Source: Laetmonice hystrix | Lineage: Eukaryota | Direction: 5' to 3' | Length of the DNA stretch: 64,000 nucleotides | Assembly: GCA_965235115.1 (NCBI GenBank) | Contig: OZ249436.1 | Span: forward strand, 54,438,001 to 54,502,000 | Shown: piece after piece, positions 33,865 to 50,686 of the stretch | How the letters are laid out: each line of letters opens with the position of its first letter | Numbering within the stretch: the first letter of the stretch is position 1 | The notes under the pieces: model-generated | The model's input: the letters and a program-made list of their open reading frames with translations, nothing else | Databases searched by the model: none | What the model was told of the DNA's origin: nothing | Translations under genes and position numbers: made by a program

Positions 33865-36729
33865 GAGAGAATTCAATATGTGTGTGTTGGGTGGGGGGTG
33901 GGGGACTCATTAACAACGGGTTCTAGGCTTTTCTTTTTGCCACGGCCCGACTCTCCGCCTCCCAACACGGGACACAATCCGCTCTAGCTCTATGTGATCA
34001 TATGAAATGTATCTATAGATTACAACCTGGGGCCGATTTTACTAAAGACTGGAAAATAACGACGTCGAAAATTTAACATAGAAATGAATGGGTTGCTAGG
34101 TCGAAAATCTCGTAGCCTTGAAGCCCCCCCCCCCCCCCCCCCCCACCACCAATGTAGATTACAACCTGGCTCGTAGTCTTGAAGGTCCCCCCTCCCCCCG
34201 CAAATGTAGATTACAACCTGGCTCTTAGCCATACAGGTCGCCCCCCCCCCCCCCAAAAAAAAAAAAAAAATGGAGGTACATGCCCGGGCAGTGTTGGCCT
34301 GCCGTTTCTTGGCCTACCGTTAACAGGCCGATGTTCGATCACCCCTGGAGAAAGTCCTTCCGTGTTAAAGTCCAAAGCGAGTGATGCTGACGGGAATCAC
34401 CAGATGTCGCCAAAGTATCCTTTCTGCGTGGGACCAGCTCTAATTTTGAAGCTGCCATCTCCTATTAGTGGCTCCAGGGTCTAGACCTCGTAGATAGTCG
34501 GGGGAGGGCGTATAGGGAGGGGGCGGAAGGGTGGGGGAGGTCTCCTTGGGGTTGAGGGTGATAGATCCATAAGCAAAGTCCTGCTCTCATTATCACTTTC
34601 AAAATAGGTCTGCCCCTTTGTGTTTTTATACATAGTCTATACCATATGCACTCTTCAGGGCATCGTGAGTGTACCCCTAATTCTTCTCATCTTGTTTAAT
34701 TTGAACACGATTGAAAAGGAATTGGTTCTATACATAGGCATAGATGCTGCTGCTTTACTCCTCCATCGGGACTGCTTCGTGCCTAGTTATCTCAGAAAGT
34801 TTATCAGTTAAGCCAATTTGCTGAAAGTCCGATGGTTTTCCCCGGGTAATTCCCCGATATGACCCTGTGCTATGGGGAAACCCCCATGCAAACCCAGTGC
34901 AACCCTTTGGAGGATGCCAAAAGACAAATTCAGGCCTAATGTGGCCTAATCAACCTCTGAAGATCTTTCACAAGCACACTCCTTCACTGTATTACCTATA
35001 CATGCTCGGAAAATCCATGAATCCAATAAATAATCGATGACGCCTGCAGCTCGGCTTCGTCTACCAACAGCTGCCTTTTATGGGCCTACCGCGGTACGAG
35101 GGCCTGCCGTCTGCCATCGGCCAACCGGCTGGCCGGCTGCTATGGCGACAAGAGGTCCCTGGCTGCTGCACGCATGATAGCCCGTCCCTGACCATGCAAC
35201 GAGGAAGTGACTGCCACATGTTATGAGTAAGCGTTTGCCGTAGACGCTAGAGCTCCGGCCCTGCATGGTACAGTCCCATTAATTGTTTGAACTGTTATCG
35301 ATTATGTCAGATCACCTCCCTGCTTATAGGCCTACTGACAGCAATTGCTATAGGGCCAGTATATAGAGACATGTAGATTGTTTCTGATTTATAGGTTATA
35401 AACAGCAGTTTACACCTCATGTGGCCTGGATATATCACTGTGCACGTACAGCACTGCAATAATGAGAGGTCGAGCAAGTCCAGCTCACAGCGGCATTTAA
35501 TAACAATTCCCTTGAACAGAGACGCCATATACCGGTTGAAGGGTACCCATGCGTTGCATTTGTCAAAAATTGGAACTGGAAGAGCGATGGGAAGAGGGCG
35601 GGGGCCCAACTTGCGTAGCGACGGTCACAAGGCGAAGCGGCGACTACATGTATAAGGAGCGACAGACGCGCACAGAGCATAATGCGGGCGTCGGCCATGC
35701 ATACCTTCTTCTGGTTCCACATTACGTGGTACCTGCACCGCAACAAGAAATAATGTTCATTAATAGCTTGAATTCCCTTTCAAAGAATTGTCTTAAGTAG
35801 CCGAAAGAATAAAGATACACAAATTTCATACGATTCCTCACAAAATAATATACTTGCCTATACGCAACTGCTCTTATACTGGAATTTTTCTCATAGGCTG
35901 TTTGGACATATGTAGGCTAAAGATCGACATAGATAATAAGGATGAAGAAGGGTCTAAATAGTTCGTAGATCTATTTCCTACTATCCCCCCTTCTATAAAT
36001 CAGTTTCAAGCGAACGCTCACTATATATCGTCCTGATATATGTATATGTAGGCCTATATGACATAGTCCCACTATAAGGACCCCGAATACCCAGCTCTTC
36101 AAGTTATGCTGGTGAGCTTTATAATTCGGCCATGCGCCGGTCACCTTGCATGCATGTCGGATTCTTTCTAGGCCATAAAAGAATAAAAGACACGGTCGCC
36201 ATATTGAAGTCCAGTTCTTGGCTGCATGGCCGCCTATTTCATTTTGCGCCAAAATGCCTTCACCAGATGTGCAAGAGAGCTCAAGACCATTATCTTTATC
36301 TGAGCATAATTACTATTCATTCATTCATTAACTACCAAAACCATGTAAACCTGCAACCGTAACGAAGACATTCACTCACTGCAGGCGCCTGTGACTGCAT
36401 GGTTTCTAACACCTTGTCCTCAGTTCTCATAATGACTATCGGCCTTTAGCGTAGGCAAATATTCCCTTCCAGGTGCCCCCGATTTACATCCGCTATATGG
36501 ACTAAGTCCCAATATTTGGAGGAAGGCGACCGGGGGCCCGGCCCGTCCAGTCATGACCGTACACCTCAGAAAAGGTGCGCTGACGACAATAGCCTTGTAT
36601 TGTCTACGTTGGCGGCTATTTCAGGTCCGTTTACCTGCGGAATGCTGTACACAACCATATACGGAGCACGGACGGGTCATGTGACTCACCAAGACCGGGT
36701 CGCTCCATATTTATTAGCGTGCCGATTGA

Positions 36730-36858
36730 CCATATAAGGAGAAATTACGATACTGATACCGGCTGTACGATACAGTATAAATACGTGTCGGTGGGTTAGC
36801 CCATCCACTCGCAACTGGAAGACAGTCCATAGCGCAACGCCTGTATATTCCTGTTCAG
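36730..36858 (+). promoter_or_regulatory. Actin A promoter and non-coding exon 1: CArG CCATATAAGG (36730), TATAAATA (36776), donor CAG|gtaagt at 36858/9
   Basis: Motif spacing is typical of SRF-regulated actin promoters; the matching acceptor tttgttttaacag ends at 37777, 21 nt before the ATG. Confidence 0.7.
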
Positions 36859-37431
36859 GTAAGTGGCCATTTTGCAAAATGTTATACATACGGTACATGG
36901 ATTCTATTAATAACTGTATACGGAGGGATTGCGAAATTATATTTAGGCCGTTGCAATCACCCCAAGAGCAGAATATTAGTAGTAGGGCTCTCAATGGAAT
37001 ATCCGAGATTTTAACATCGTGGGAGTGGATTGTACCTGGATCGCCACAAATAGCTGCCGCCTATGCTCTGCATTCATGTCCATATTAGGTTTCGATGTAG
37101 CAATTCGCCGAGAAATCATCTAGAGTTTCGGGATGTACTTTTATGGAAGTTAAGTAGATAAATTCCAGGCACTGCGCATCAGCCTCGGGGGAGCTTTTGC
37201 TTTGGATTTGGCGCGAGGTGGAGATGGTGAACTAAATTTAAAGGATATTGGTGATAATTTTAAGGTAATTCGAACTTCGTTAACCATACTGATGAATTGC
37301 AGCGGAATGGTATCGTGGGTATAGTTCATATTTGGATACTTTCTTGGGGAATTTCTCTTCCAAAGTTCTAAAATCGCCGGCCGGTGACACGTCAGTCTCG
37401 TTTGAATGAAGCGTGATGGCGGCGCCGGTTT

Positions 37432-37514
37432 CCTTATTTGGCATGTAGCCATGTCTCCAATAGGGCTGCCGCAGCCAATCAGCAGCGGCGCCCAGTTTTT
37501 ATGACCATATATGG
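37432..37514 (+). promoter_or_regulatory. Actin A intron-1 enhancer: CArG boxes CCTTATTTGG and CCATATATGG flanking two CCAAT boxes
   Basis: Two perfect CC(A/T)6GG sites about 70 bp apart; first-intron CArG enhancers are well known for actin genes. Confidence 0.65.
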
Positions 37515-37774
37515 TAGGAGCGAAGGTGCGGTACGAAGAAAGGCGCCGGTTGTGCTGCAGCCTCTGGCCAGGAAGTGGGAGGGTGGGGGTGGGATGACCT
37601 CTGCTCATGAATGCCTGCAGTTTGAAACTGGGTGATAGGAGCGCACATCACTAGGGCAAACGGTTGGCGCAGACTGTTGGAACAAAATACATATAACTTG
37701 CGAGCCAGGAATTAAGACTTTGGAAGTTCCCTTATAGATTCAGCTTCTACAAGGATCTCTTTAATTTGTTTTAA

Positions 37775-39479
<1,705 letters not shown>

Positions 39480-42122
39480 ACTGTCTCCTGACGTGTAATT
39501 GGTTGATTTGGACAATTTGGGTAAAAGGAAGTTTGCAGGAACTGTGGCGCAAATGGTCTTTCTGTAAGAACTGACTTTCTGAACATGCCAGTGGCTCCGC
39601 GAGACATGTGGTAGAACCGTCAACGTAATATCACCCATTTGTTCATAATTCACTGGCCTTAACCTTAAAACTGCGACCGAGAAGCTGTGGTATTGAAACA
39701 TCTTGTTGGGCTAGTGGAATGAACTGATGTGGAACCATTCTTCGCTGGGTTGGAATAACATGTTCGACCAGTTGGGTTGATGAATAGACAACTGTTCAAT
39801 TGTGGGGTTCATTTCTAATGACTATAATTGAACGTCTGTTTATATTTATTTTTGTATATAGTCTATACAGACTTTTTTGTATAAAAAAAGCAACATGAAG
39901 TTGTAAATACAAATTGAAAAAAAAAATTGAAAAACAATCTTGTCTTATGTTGTCATCGCATGGTGGGTGTAAGCGGGGTACAACCTGAAAGTTCTACAGT
40001 ATAATCTGCTCTGAACACGTGTATATTTTGGGATAAGCCAAATTGCCCCTTTACCTATTTTTCTATACTCTACACGCCAGCCCATTAAAGCCTACTTTAA
40101 CGAACATTCCCTTCCTCTATAATCGTCCAGGATTTATGAAAACTTTTATATCTCGTATCTTCTCTATTCCCCATGAGCTCGTTTGGTAACACGAATCCTT
40201 GAATTGGCATCAGGCAATTAAAATGTCGCCCGACTGTAATAAAAGTTGCTTTAGGAAGTTCTTTCCCGGGGGGGGGGGGGGTATACAAAACATTAAGAAT
40301 TCACCAGTCGCACACTTTTTTTTAAATTTTATTAGTAGATTTCATGTCAGATGGGGGGTGACTAAGGCATGTCGTGCACGCGACTCCTCACGCGTTTAGA
40401 AAACAATGTCTACAGAACACTTGGAACTGCCGGTACATTCGCAAATATTTTGATTTATCATTATCTTTCTTACAGTCACTAGAAACCTATAGGCCTATAT
40501 ATCTTTAGTAAACATCAGACAAGTAGCTATTACACACTATCTTCCCCGAGCAGTATTATAGATGAGAGAAACTCTTGCATATTTTCTATGTTTCATGCTA
40601 AAAAAGAAGGGTTTTTCGTTGATAAATGTCTACTATAATGTGTTCAGAAAGCACGTCCCCGACGTTCCTAAGGATTTCTGGGGGAGGGCCCCAGCCCAGT
40701 GGCGGATCCTAGGCCTACCTTTTATAACAGCAAGTTCATTTAGTAATATGCCAAGTAAATTTGCAAACCTATCTCAAGTTCTCTGGACACTCTCAGTCTC
40801 AGTAAACATGGTGACCATGCATGTAGTATTATAAATTTGCTATTTCCCCAGCTATCGGTGACATATGGGAGGGCGACATTTAAAAAAAACACTAGTATGG
40901 CTTACTGACGAGAGGGCTATGGGTTTTCATATTGCCGAAGTTAAAGGTCAAGTAAAGGTAAAAATAAAGATGTAAACGTTTACAAAAGGCACCTTGTAAT
41001 CAAAAGTATTAACAAAACCTTTGTACAAACTTACAATGCCAGTTCCGGAACTATGTGTGAACTTGCTTTGACCTTTATAGAGAGATCAAAGTTTGAACTA
41101 TTCATAGACTATTCATAGGACCTTCCTTATACATGTAGTTTCAGCCAGACCGACCTGGGTGGCAAATGTAGCCCTAAAAGTTTCAACGGGATTAACGATA
41201 GTTTCCCACTTAGATATGGATGGGTAATCTCGAACGTTGTCCAGGAGCAAGTAGGGCTAAAAATATAGATACATCCGTAATAGCATCTATATTATTGATT
41301 TTTCCAAATTTGAGCAATCCACGCCCAGTGGATTTTGTGCGGCCCCCATTAACCTCTTAAAGTTACTACGTTTTTAAAACCTGTAATATCGACCCCCTGC
41401 CATATAAATCAGCTTAGTGTCACATGTAAAACTCAAATAAATTGAAGTGAGCCCAACCAATTGTAATGTGAGAACGTTCAGCTGGCTCCGTTGCAATCTA
41501 ACGCTCTAACGCTCTTCCACTTTTGAAGCATTATGCGGGATTTCCACCGGACGCGAGTGAGCGATTTCATCTTTCACACTCGCGCGCCTGGTCAGCACCA
41601 CGCGAGCGCATCATCTTTGACCATTTCCATCCGGTGCGAGCGCAAACCGCAATATGGCAGTGTCCAGTCTTGCGCGTCGCGAAGATTTCCTAGTACACAA
41701 TCTCGTTACGTCGACTGTCAGGTTTTGTGTCCAGCCCCTTCTTTCTCAGCTTTTTAGCTGATTATGTTGCATACATCGACTTTCGTCGCTTAAAAGCCCG
41801 TTTCCTCGGAGACATATTTACAAAGCAAGTGTATGATGATGATCAAATATGGTGGAGCGATACCAGAAGTTAGCATGGGGTTCCGCCCAGGACCTGGGAC
41901 TATTATGGGATGTTGTTCGACGTCATTTGCAGCGCCCCTTTCGGAGAGCAGAGGCAAATTCAAACTTCTGCTATTATAATAGCTTCGGTCCGAATCCTAA
42001 TTAATAAAGATCATCATACTGCAGTACTGCAGCAATAGTGTGTCTTCACATATATGTCAATAGGTTGCTATGGGTGACAGGTAACTGTTCTATTTTCGAA
42101 GTTACGTACTATGTCCCTTTAA

Positions 42123-42652
42123 AGGGGCATGCTATGAAACACGTTTTTTTAGATTTCCGGCAATTATCCAACATGACCGTGTACTAGGGATCCAAGTAAA
42201 TAATCCTACCACAGCATTTTGTCCTCCGACGTGTTTTCGCTGCGTATGCAGCACAAGTAGATTCTATACGACCAAACCTATAGATTTCTCCCGATAGCAC
42301 ATCTCCCGCCATAATTTGCTAGAGACAACCTCCAATCAACCCGTGTAATTGCATACTGTGTCACATCCTGCGTGTGCACTCTCTGCATGTGATTAGCCAC
42401 GTGCTTCGCTTAGTTGTAAACAATTCAGCAGTTGCACTCGATTGTCCGGCATCAGAATGCCACCCAAAAAATATTTTACGAAATCAGCAGAAAAGCGGGC
42501 AAGGGAGCTTCATAAACTTCGATTTCTCACACAAAATGAAACTGATAAGTCTGTCTTTGTTTACCAAGCAATATTAATGAAGGATCTCTTGATGAAAACA
42601 GCAAAAGTTCTTTGAAATACCGATTTTTCACGTTTCCTCATAATATGCCCCT
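42123..42652. mobile_element. Kolobok-like MITE, copy 2
   Basis: TTAA TSDs at 42119-42122 and 42653-42656; same TIRs and internal sequence as 513-1045. Confidence 0.8.
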
Positions 42653-42910
42653 TTAATACGGAAAAATGTTGTAAAGACCACTGAGAGATCATGTGACGTC
42701 ACATCAAGTTCTCCAGTATCAGTGGGCCTGCATGTGTGGTTCAAATTTGATGCAATTAAAATTATTAGTTTAAAATCCAAGTTATGACATAGATCTATGG
42801 CCCAAACAATGCTCACCTTACCTGGGAGTAATGAAGACCAACATGCAAATCTGACCTAAGTTGGCTATTTTTAATTGAGTTATATACTTTAATAACGGAA
42901 ATTGACTCCA

Positions 42911-44256
42911 CACAGAAAATCTCAGCGGACAAAAACTACTCAAATATTCGTCAATCTGAGAAGTTTTGCCTACACAATCCAAGTACCTCAAAAGGAGTAG
43001 TTTTGGGTACTCAAATCTTCCTGTCTGACGAAGGTAAAGTCGTCAATTCGTCAAAAATTCGTCAGAGACTCGTCATCATTTGTAAATGGGTGTTATAATT
43101 TCTTTTCTTTTCTGAACCAAGAGAATGCAGTCCAGTACTGTAAAGGGGGACTTAGATACCTGAAACAGAGGGCGTCATTTTTTATGGATTACGTGTAAAT
43201 ACAAAGGAATTAAGCAAAATCAACTTTGAAGAAAAAAAGAAATACAAAACATGTCTTTTTCAGATAGATTTTAATGTAGGCCTATTACAAAGGTCACATC
43301 CATTCAGTATCCAGTCACGATACCCACGAACGTAACTGATAAGAAGTGAAATGGCCATATAATTAATTCTATAATTAAGCTATAATTCTATATTCTATAT
43401 TTAATTAATATTATATCTATATTTATTATATCTATATTTATATTATATTTATATTTAATTAATAAATCTTCTATTTCTATTCTTATTCTAATTCTAATTT
43501 CTAATTAATCTGTTGATCATCCCAAGGATCACACCTGGCTCGAACAGTGAAAACCAGATAATCAGATGCGGCTTGACCTACCTACACCACATCGTACACG
43601 TAACATGGTCCTTATGGTCGTGAATCGTGATGGCTCACTGTCACAAGGTTGCCTCATCATGAACGGGTATAAATCAAAATATCATCATATGTGATACGTT
43701 ATTTCATCTTTCGTTAATATATCTATAGTGTATTCGCTCTAAGAAGAGCTCGACCTCGGCCTCATTAAAGCTCTGACCTGCCCACCTCCTCCCGTCTACC
43801 CACAGCTGGCGTATCACAAGTCATCACCGCCTGTCATTCAAGAATATGACCAAATTCCACGTGGTTATGTATTACCCCAAATGATGTATAGTAGCTTTAA
43901 TGAGGCCGAGAGGTCGAGCTCTTCTTAGAGTGAACAGACTATAGAGAGGTTCAACTACTTACCTCTCATGTAGATCTAGGCTTCCGAAGTTCGATCTCTC
44001 GGGTTCGACCTGCTCTTCGCGACTTTTCATGCACGCTTTTGAAAATGTTCAAACTTCCGGTTAAAAGCGTATTCCATGTAACCCTTAAAATTCGTCAAAA
44101 CCCTTTATAACGCCGAATTTACGAGTAGTTGCCTACTCAGGATGAGTACCTTCTGAGTACCCAAAACTACTCCTTTTGAGGTGCTTGGATTGAGTAGGCA
44201 AAACTACTCAGATTGACGAATATTTAAGTAGTTTTTGCCCTCTGAGATTTTCTGTG
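42911..44256. mobile_element. EnSpm/CMC-like non-autonomous element with ~100-bp TIRs and 2-bp CA TSD
   Basis: CACAGAAAATCTCAG...GGGTACTC matches the reverse complement of 44155-44256; CA on both flanks. Confidence 0.75.
43723..43944. mobile_element. Small palindromic MITE nested in the 42911-44256 element
   Basis: ~45-bp TIR (ctctaagaagagctcgacct...cggcctcattaaagct); CTATAG at both ends. Confidence 0.65.
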
Positions 44257-44900
44257 CACTGGGTCATGGCATATAGGCCTGCACATGCCAGGAGTCAAAT
44301 CTGGTTAAAAATTTAAACAACCCCGCTTTTGATTTTGGTAAGGGGGTGGTGGTTATTAACGATTATCGATATCGTTAAGTTATTACAGAAGTGAATGGGA
44401 GGCCACTAGTTAATAACCAGTCGGGCTTTCATTGGCTCCTATGTAATTTAACCATATCGTTAATAACCAGACCTTAGTAAGACGGGCCCGTGGGGTAGAA
44501 TTTGCTAAGGGGGGGGTCAGCATGGTCAATTCAGGACGTTCTACAGGAAAAAAAGAAAATTTGGTAGCAGGGGGTCCCCCCGACCCCCCCCCCCCCCCCA
44601 ACCAAAGGCCTCGAATCCCCCGACCGGAACAGGAGATAGGCCTCAGGCCCGTAGCCAGCCTTCCAGGTGGGGGGGGGGGGGGTCTGGACTTCGATGGGCG
44701 GAACAGGGTGTAGGCCCTATAATGGTTGGGCGGTCTAGCATGGCGGAAACAAGGAGTCTAGCTCCAATCGCCAGGAAGTTTCCTGGCATAAATAGTCACA
44801 GATATAACACTGGGATAGATCTAACCCGTTAATTCAGGGATGCCAGTCATGCATGAATCCACATTTCAGTGGAATATCAAATTTATTTTATTTCCAGACA

Positions 44901-45248
44901 CATAGGCGCCGGAAGATATTCACAGGTGGGGGGGGGGGGGCAAAGACCAAATCATAGGGCCCAAGATTCTCGATATGAAATGCTGGTGATGCGAGCGCCG
45001 AAGGCGCGAAGCCTCGAGAGGGGGGTCTGGTGGCCCTCCCCCAGAAAAAATTGAAAATTAAAGTGCCAAATATGCGTTTTCCCGGCATCTGGGAACAAAA
45101 TCTAAGCCCTCTGACGGTCTGACCATCTCCTGCCACGTACCTTGAGCTGGAGGGGGGGGGGGGCAAAACTATATGCTTGCCCCCTAGCTTTTGAGCTGAG
45201 GGGGCAACGTGCCCCCCTGCCCCCCCCCCCCCGGTTCCGGCGCCTATG
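44901..45248. mobile_element. Nested MITE (AGACA TSD)
   Basis: TIR CATAGGCGCCGGAA/TTCCGGCGCCTATG; AGACA on both flanks. Confidence 0.75.
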
Positions 45249-45320
45249 AGACAGTTGGTCATGTAGGCCCTATCCAACAACACTGGAAATGAAAATTAAT
45301 GGTCTATGGTCCTTACATAG

Positions 45321-45581
45321 CAAAGGCGGATCCAGAGGGGGGCACAGGGGGCACTGCCCCCCCTTTAGCTTCACTAATTATAGGCGTACACGGCTATAGC
45401 CTACTCATTTTTAATTAATTTTAGCATTGACGGTGTGTCGCAGGGAAACCCCGAGCTATTAATATGTAGGCCTATACCTCTAAAACTCTCATTCAAGAGC
45501 ATGAGCTTTAATTAGTAATGCAAACAATCATGAATTGCTTTTCTGTGCCCCCTCTTTAGTGAAATCCTGGATCAGCCAGTG
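45321..45581. mobile_element. Nested MITE (CATAG TSD)
   Basis: CAAAGGCGGATCCAG...CTGGATCAGCCAGTG; CATAG on both flanks. Confidence 0.65.
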
Positions 45582-46385
45582 CATAGGACCAGAGCCTATC
45601 CCCCCCGGCTACGGGCCTGGGCCTACTAATATGCCTAATATTAGTAATAATAATATTGACCCCAACGAATCCCGGGCAGCAAATTAAAGTTCTGCCTTTT
45701 ATAGCTCAAAAGCTCATTAACCCTCTTAATTTATTCGTGCTACTGGGTCAGATCTTTGTCTGGGCACTTCGCCCCTTGCTTACTTCAGCCATAATTATAT
45801 GGACTGGACCGTCCAGTTCTATGCTTCACCAACAATTAACCCACACCGCTCAGGCCATCTATGAGCATGATGAGGCATAGCCTGGCATAGGCCTGGACAT
45901 GATTGACTCTTTTGAAGTTTTGTGTTGCAAAGAATGCAGGCCCGCATGTCTGTCGATTGTAGTCTTAGAAATTTCAAAATGACTCTGAATATTGCTGGTA
46001 TTTTAACGCTCTGTGTAATTTGCTTTCTCCATTTAGGTCCCTATTCTCTTTAGTCACATAACGTAGCCCGATCGTATGATTGAAAGCAGTTTTCAACATC
46101 ATTGCGTCCAACATACGGCGAATCATGGAGGCTGCCATTTTATGATCATGTGACTGCCGATTTAATCGACCAATGAAATGTCAAGGCAGTTGCTGATACC
46201 AAATACGGTCAAATAGGCTGCTTAAAGAAATACCAACTGACATAGGGGGGTCAGGTTGTGGCCTCAGTGCAGCTGCAAAAAAACATGCACCGTATTTCAT
46301 CACATAAACTGTCACAAGGTGAAATCCAGCCGGTTTTGCGCAAAAATAAAAAAGAGAATACGTCCATCGTGTCGAAGCACACGTG

Positions 46386-46544
46386 TATATAAATGGGGAG
46401 CGATCGATGTGGAAAGCACCACTGCCACCATTGCACCCATCTCCCCCGTATCTAGGCCGCCGCAAATCTGCCTCCTCGCTGCTCAAGAATCCACGACGTA
46501 ACGTCCACTTGCGGCGCGGGTATTGAAGCGGAAAGTCCAGTGGG
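46386..46544 (+). promoter_or_regulatory. Actin B promoter and non-coding exon 1: TATATAAA (46386), donor GGG|gtaagt at 46544/5
   Basis: TATA box, then a GC-rich leader and a consensus donor; intronic CArG CCAAATAAGG at 46867-46876; acceptor ends at 48731. Confidence 0.6.
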
Positions 46545-48727
46545 GTAAGTGTCTATTGTTATTTAAAGCAATGGCTTTTACTGGGAACGACATGACCACT
46601 TTCTAAACATAAACACACACTGAAAATAGACCTTCCGATTGTGACATCCACGTATTGTAATCGGTGGCAGCGTTTGACTGTCAACAACGAGTTGATGAGC
46701 GCAGTCAAGTCCGAGGAGAACGCACCGCCATGTTCATCATGCCGCATGCGGCACTCTGTGCTGCGGAAAGGGCATTTTGCGGTCAAGGCAGGAGGGGGGG
46801 AGGCCTCCCTACATGTACCAGAATCTCAGTGATTTGAAGTTGTAGCGAGAAATGGTACATTGAAGACCAAATAAGGGCGTTCCTCTTTCTTTGTAGCATG
46901 TCGACATCGTGAGCAGACGTAAAACCCTGAGAATTAATTTAGAAGGCGTGGCCCTAGCCAAGGCGTAGATATATTATCGGTCACCTGCATGTATTATCAC
47001 AGAGTCAGAGGGTCGGGTTTTTTTAACTGTCCACGCCTCCGTGTCCTGCCCTAGCTGTCTTGAAGAATGTGAATTTAAGCCGCCTCTTTTTGCTTTTGAA
47101 ACCTGCAGTGACATCTAAATAGTGATTCGAAAGAATCTTATATATATTTAGGCCTAACGTTACATGTAAACTAGTCTTGTAGATACTGTTGTAGCAGTGT
47201 ACTAGGATTTGATACCCCTTATCCCGCCTATGCTATGCCCGTCAACCGGCGACAGGCCCGAGTCGTCGACGTGAGGCGTGGTCTTGCCACGTATTTAGCG
47301 GGCTAGCCAAGCTAGCGTAGCGGTGACATTGGTAAAATCGTAGTTGAGCAGAGTTTGACCCCTTGCCTTGGCCTTGTAAGGCTCCGATGGGACGTCGGAT
47401 TTGAAATAAGTGGAATGCCCAAACTGGGCCATGCGCGGCATCTGGCTAGGACTTGTTTTTCCTGTCGACAAGGCCCCGGCCGATGCCGTGAGGTATACGT
47501 TGTGGGCAGTGATGTGGGTCGCATTGCTGAGATTTATAAATGTCGTTTCCTCTTAGTCTCGGTGAGGATCATGACACTTGCACATGTTAAAACACACCCA
47601 CAAATAAAATAGAGAAATGTCTTGTTTGGTACTGGGTAGTACCTTATTGGAAATACAAAACAAATATTGCAGGGAAAGAAAAACATGGTCTCTCTTTCCC
47701 CAGACCTTATCAAAAAGGTCAAGAATCTGTGATCAGTGTACATTAATTTATGCAGGGCTCGAAATATTTTTAAAATTTTGATTTGCAATAACTACAGAGT
47801 TATCCGATTCGTAGCAGTATTAGGCAATATTTTGTGACTCATCTCATAATTTGATTCACAATAGACTGATTTTGCAAATTGTGATGCGAACCCAATTCGA
47901 GCCCTGTTATAGGGTGGGCTTAAGAAAACTTGTAGAACTTTGACGTTACATAGGTCTATACTGAATGAATAGTAAAAGGCAGGGATCCTGGTAGGATTTC
48001 AAAATAATTAGCCACTGTGGCTAATTGAACAGAGTTTTGATGACCGGGTCCACTGAGCATGATTATGAACTTTTGTTTTAGTGGGGTTGTTTTGTTACCT
48101 TGAGTGAACTATGAAGGTGAAACAAGGTCATGTTTTCAATGGTCCACATCTCCCAAAGCATGAATAGGAAGTCATATAGGAGGTTTCATTTGTCACTATG
48201 TTCATTTACCTCCAGTGACCTTGAAAGGTCAGTCAAGGTCGCACATCTTTTTTTATTAGCACATCATGTCTCCAAAACTATTGAAGATAACCACACAGTT
48301 ACTACAGGGGATGTACTTGAAACTTTAAGGGCAAGCTATGAAAAAAATGTTTATTTGGGGGGGGGAATCCTGACAAGACTTTTTTTTTGTCCACAATTGC
48401 CCTTTAATCATCATGGACTGTTGTAGGCTGATTGTGATTACACAAATTTCCAATCTTATGTAATCTTCTTCTAGCCCCGTCTTCATCATCAGTTTCCACA
48501 AACATATAGTCACTTCCCACCTGAAGCATAATTAGGGGCTGAATGGCTGAGCAGATTTGGTTTTCATTGAAACATTCTTGAAGGCAAAGAACACCAAGTT
48601 ATGCGGCAAATTATTTTATGCTTTAAGTAGTTTAGACCGGGCACTCTTTGCACCAATCTGTTAGTCTCCTCATTGTCATTTCACACCCATTTAAGATAAT
48701 ACAGTATACTCGAACTCTTTCCTCTGA

Positions 48728-50686
<1,959 letters not shown>

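Larger units (their letters stand above)
44644..45619. mobile_element. hAT5-like MITE (GGCCT TSD) hosting two nested MITEs
   Basis: TIR CAGGCCCGTAGCC/GGCTACGGGCCTG; GGCCT at 44639 and 45620. Confidence 0.7.
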
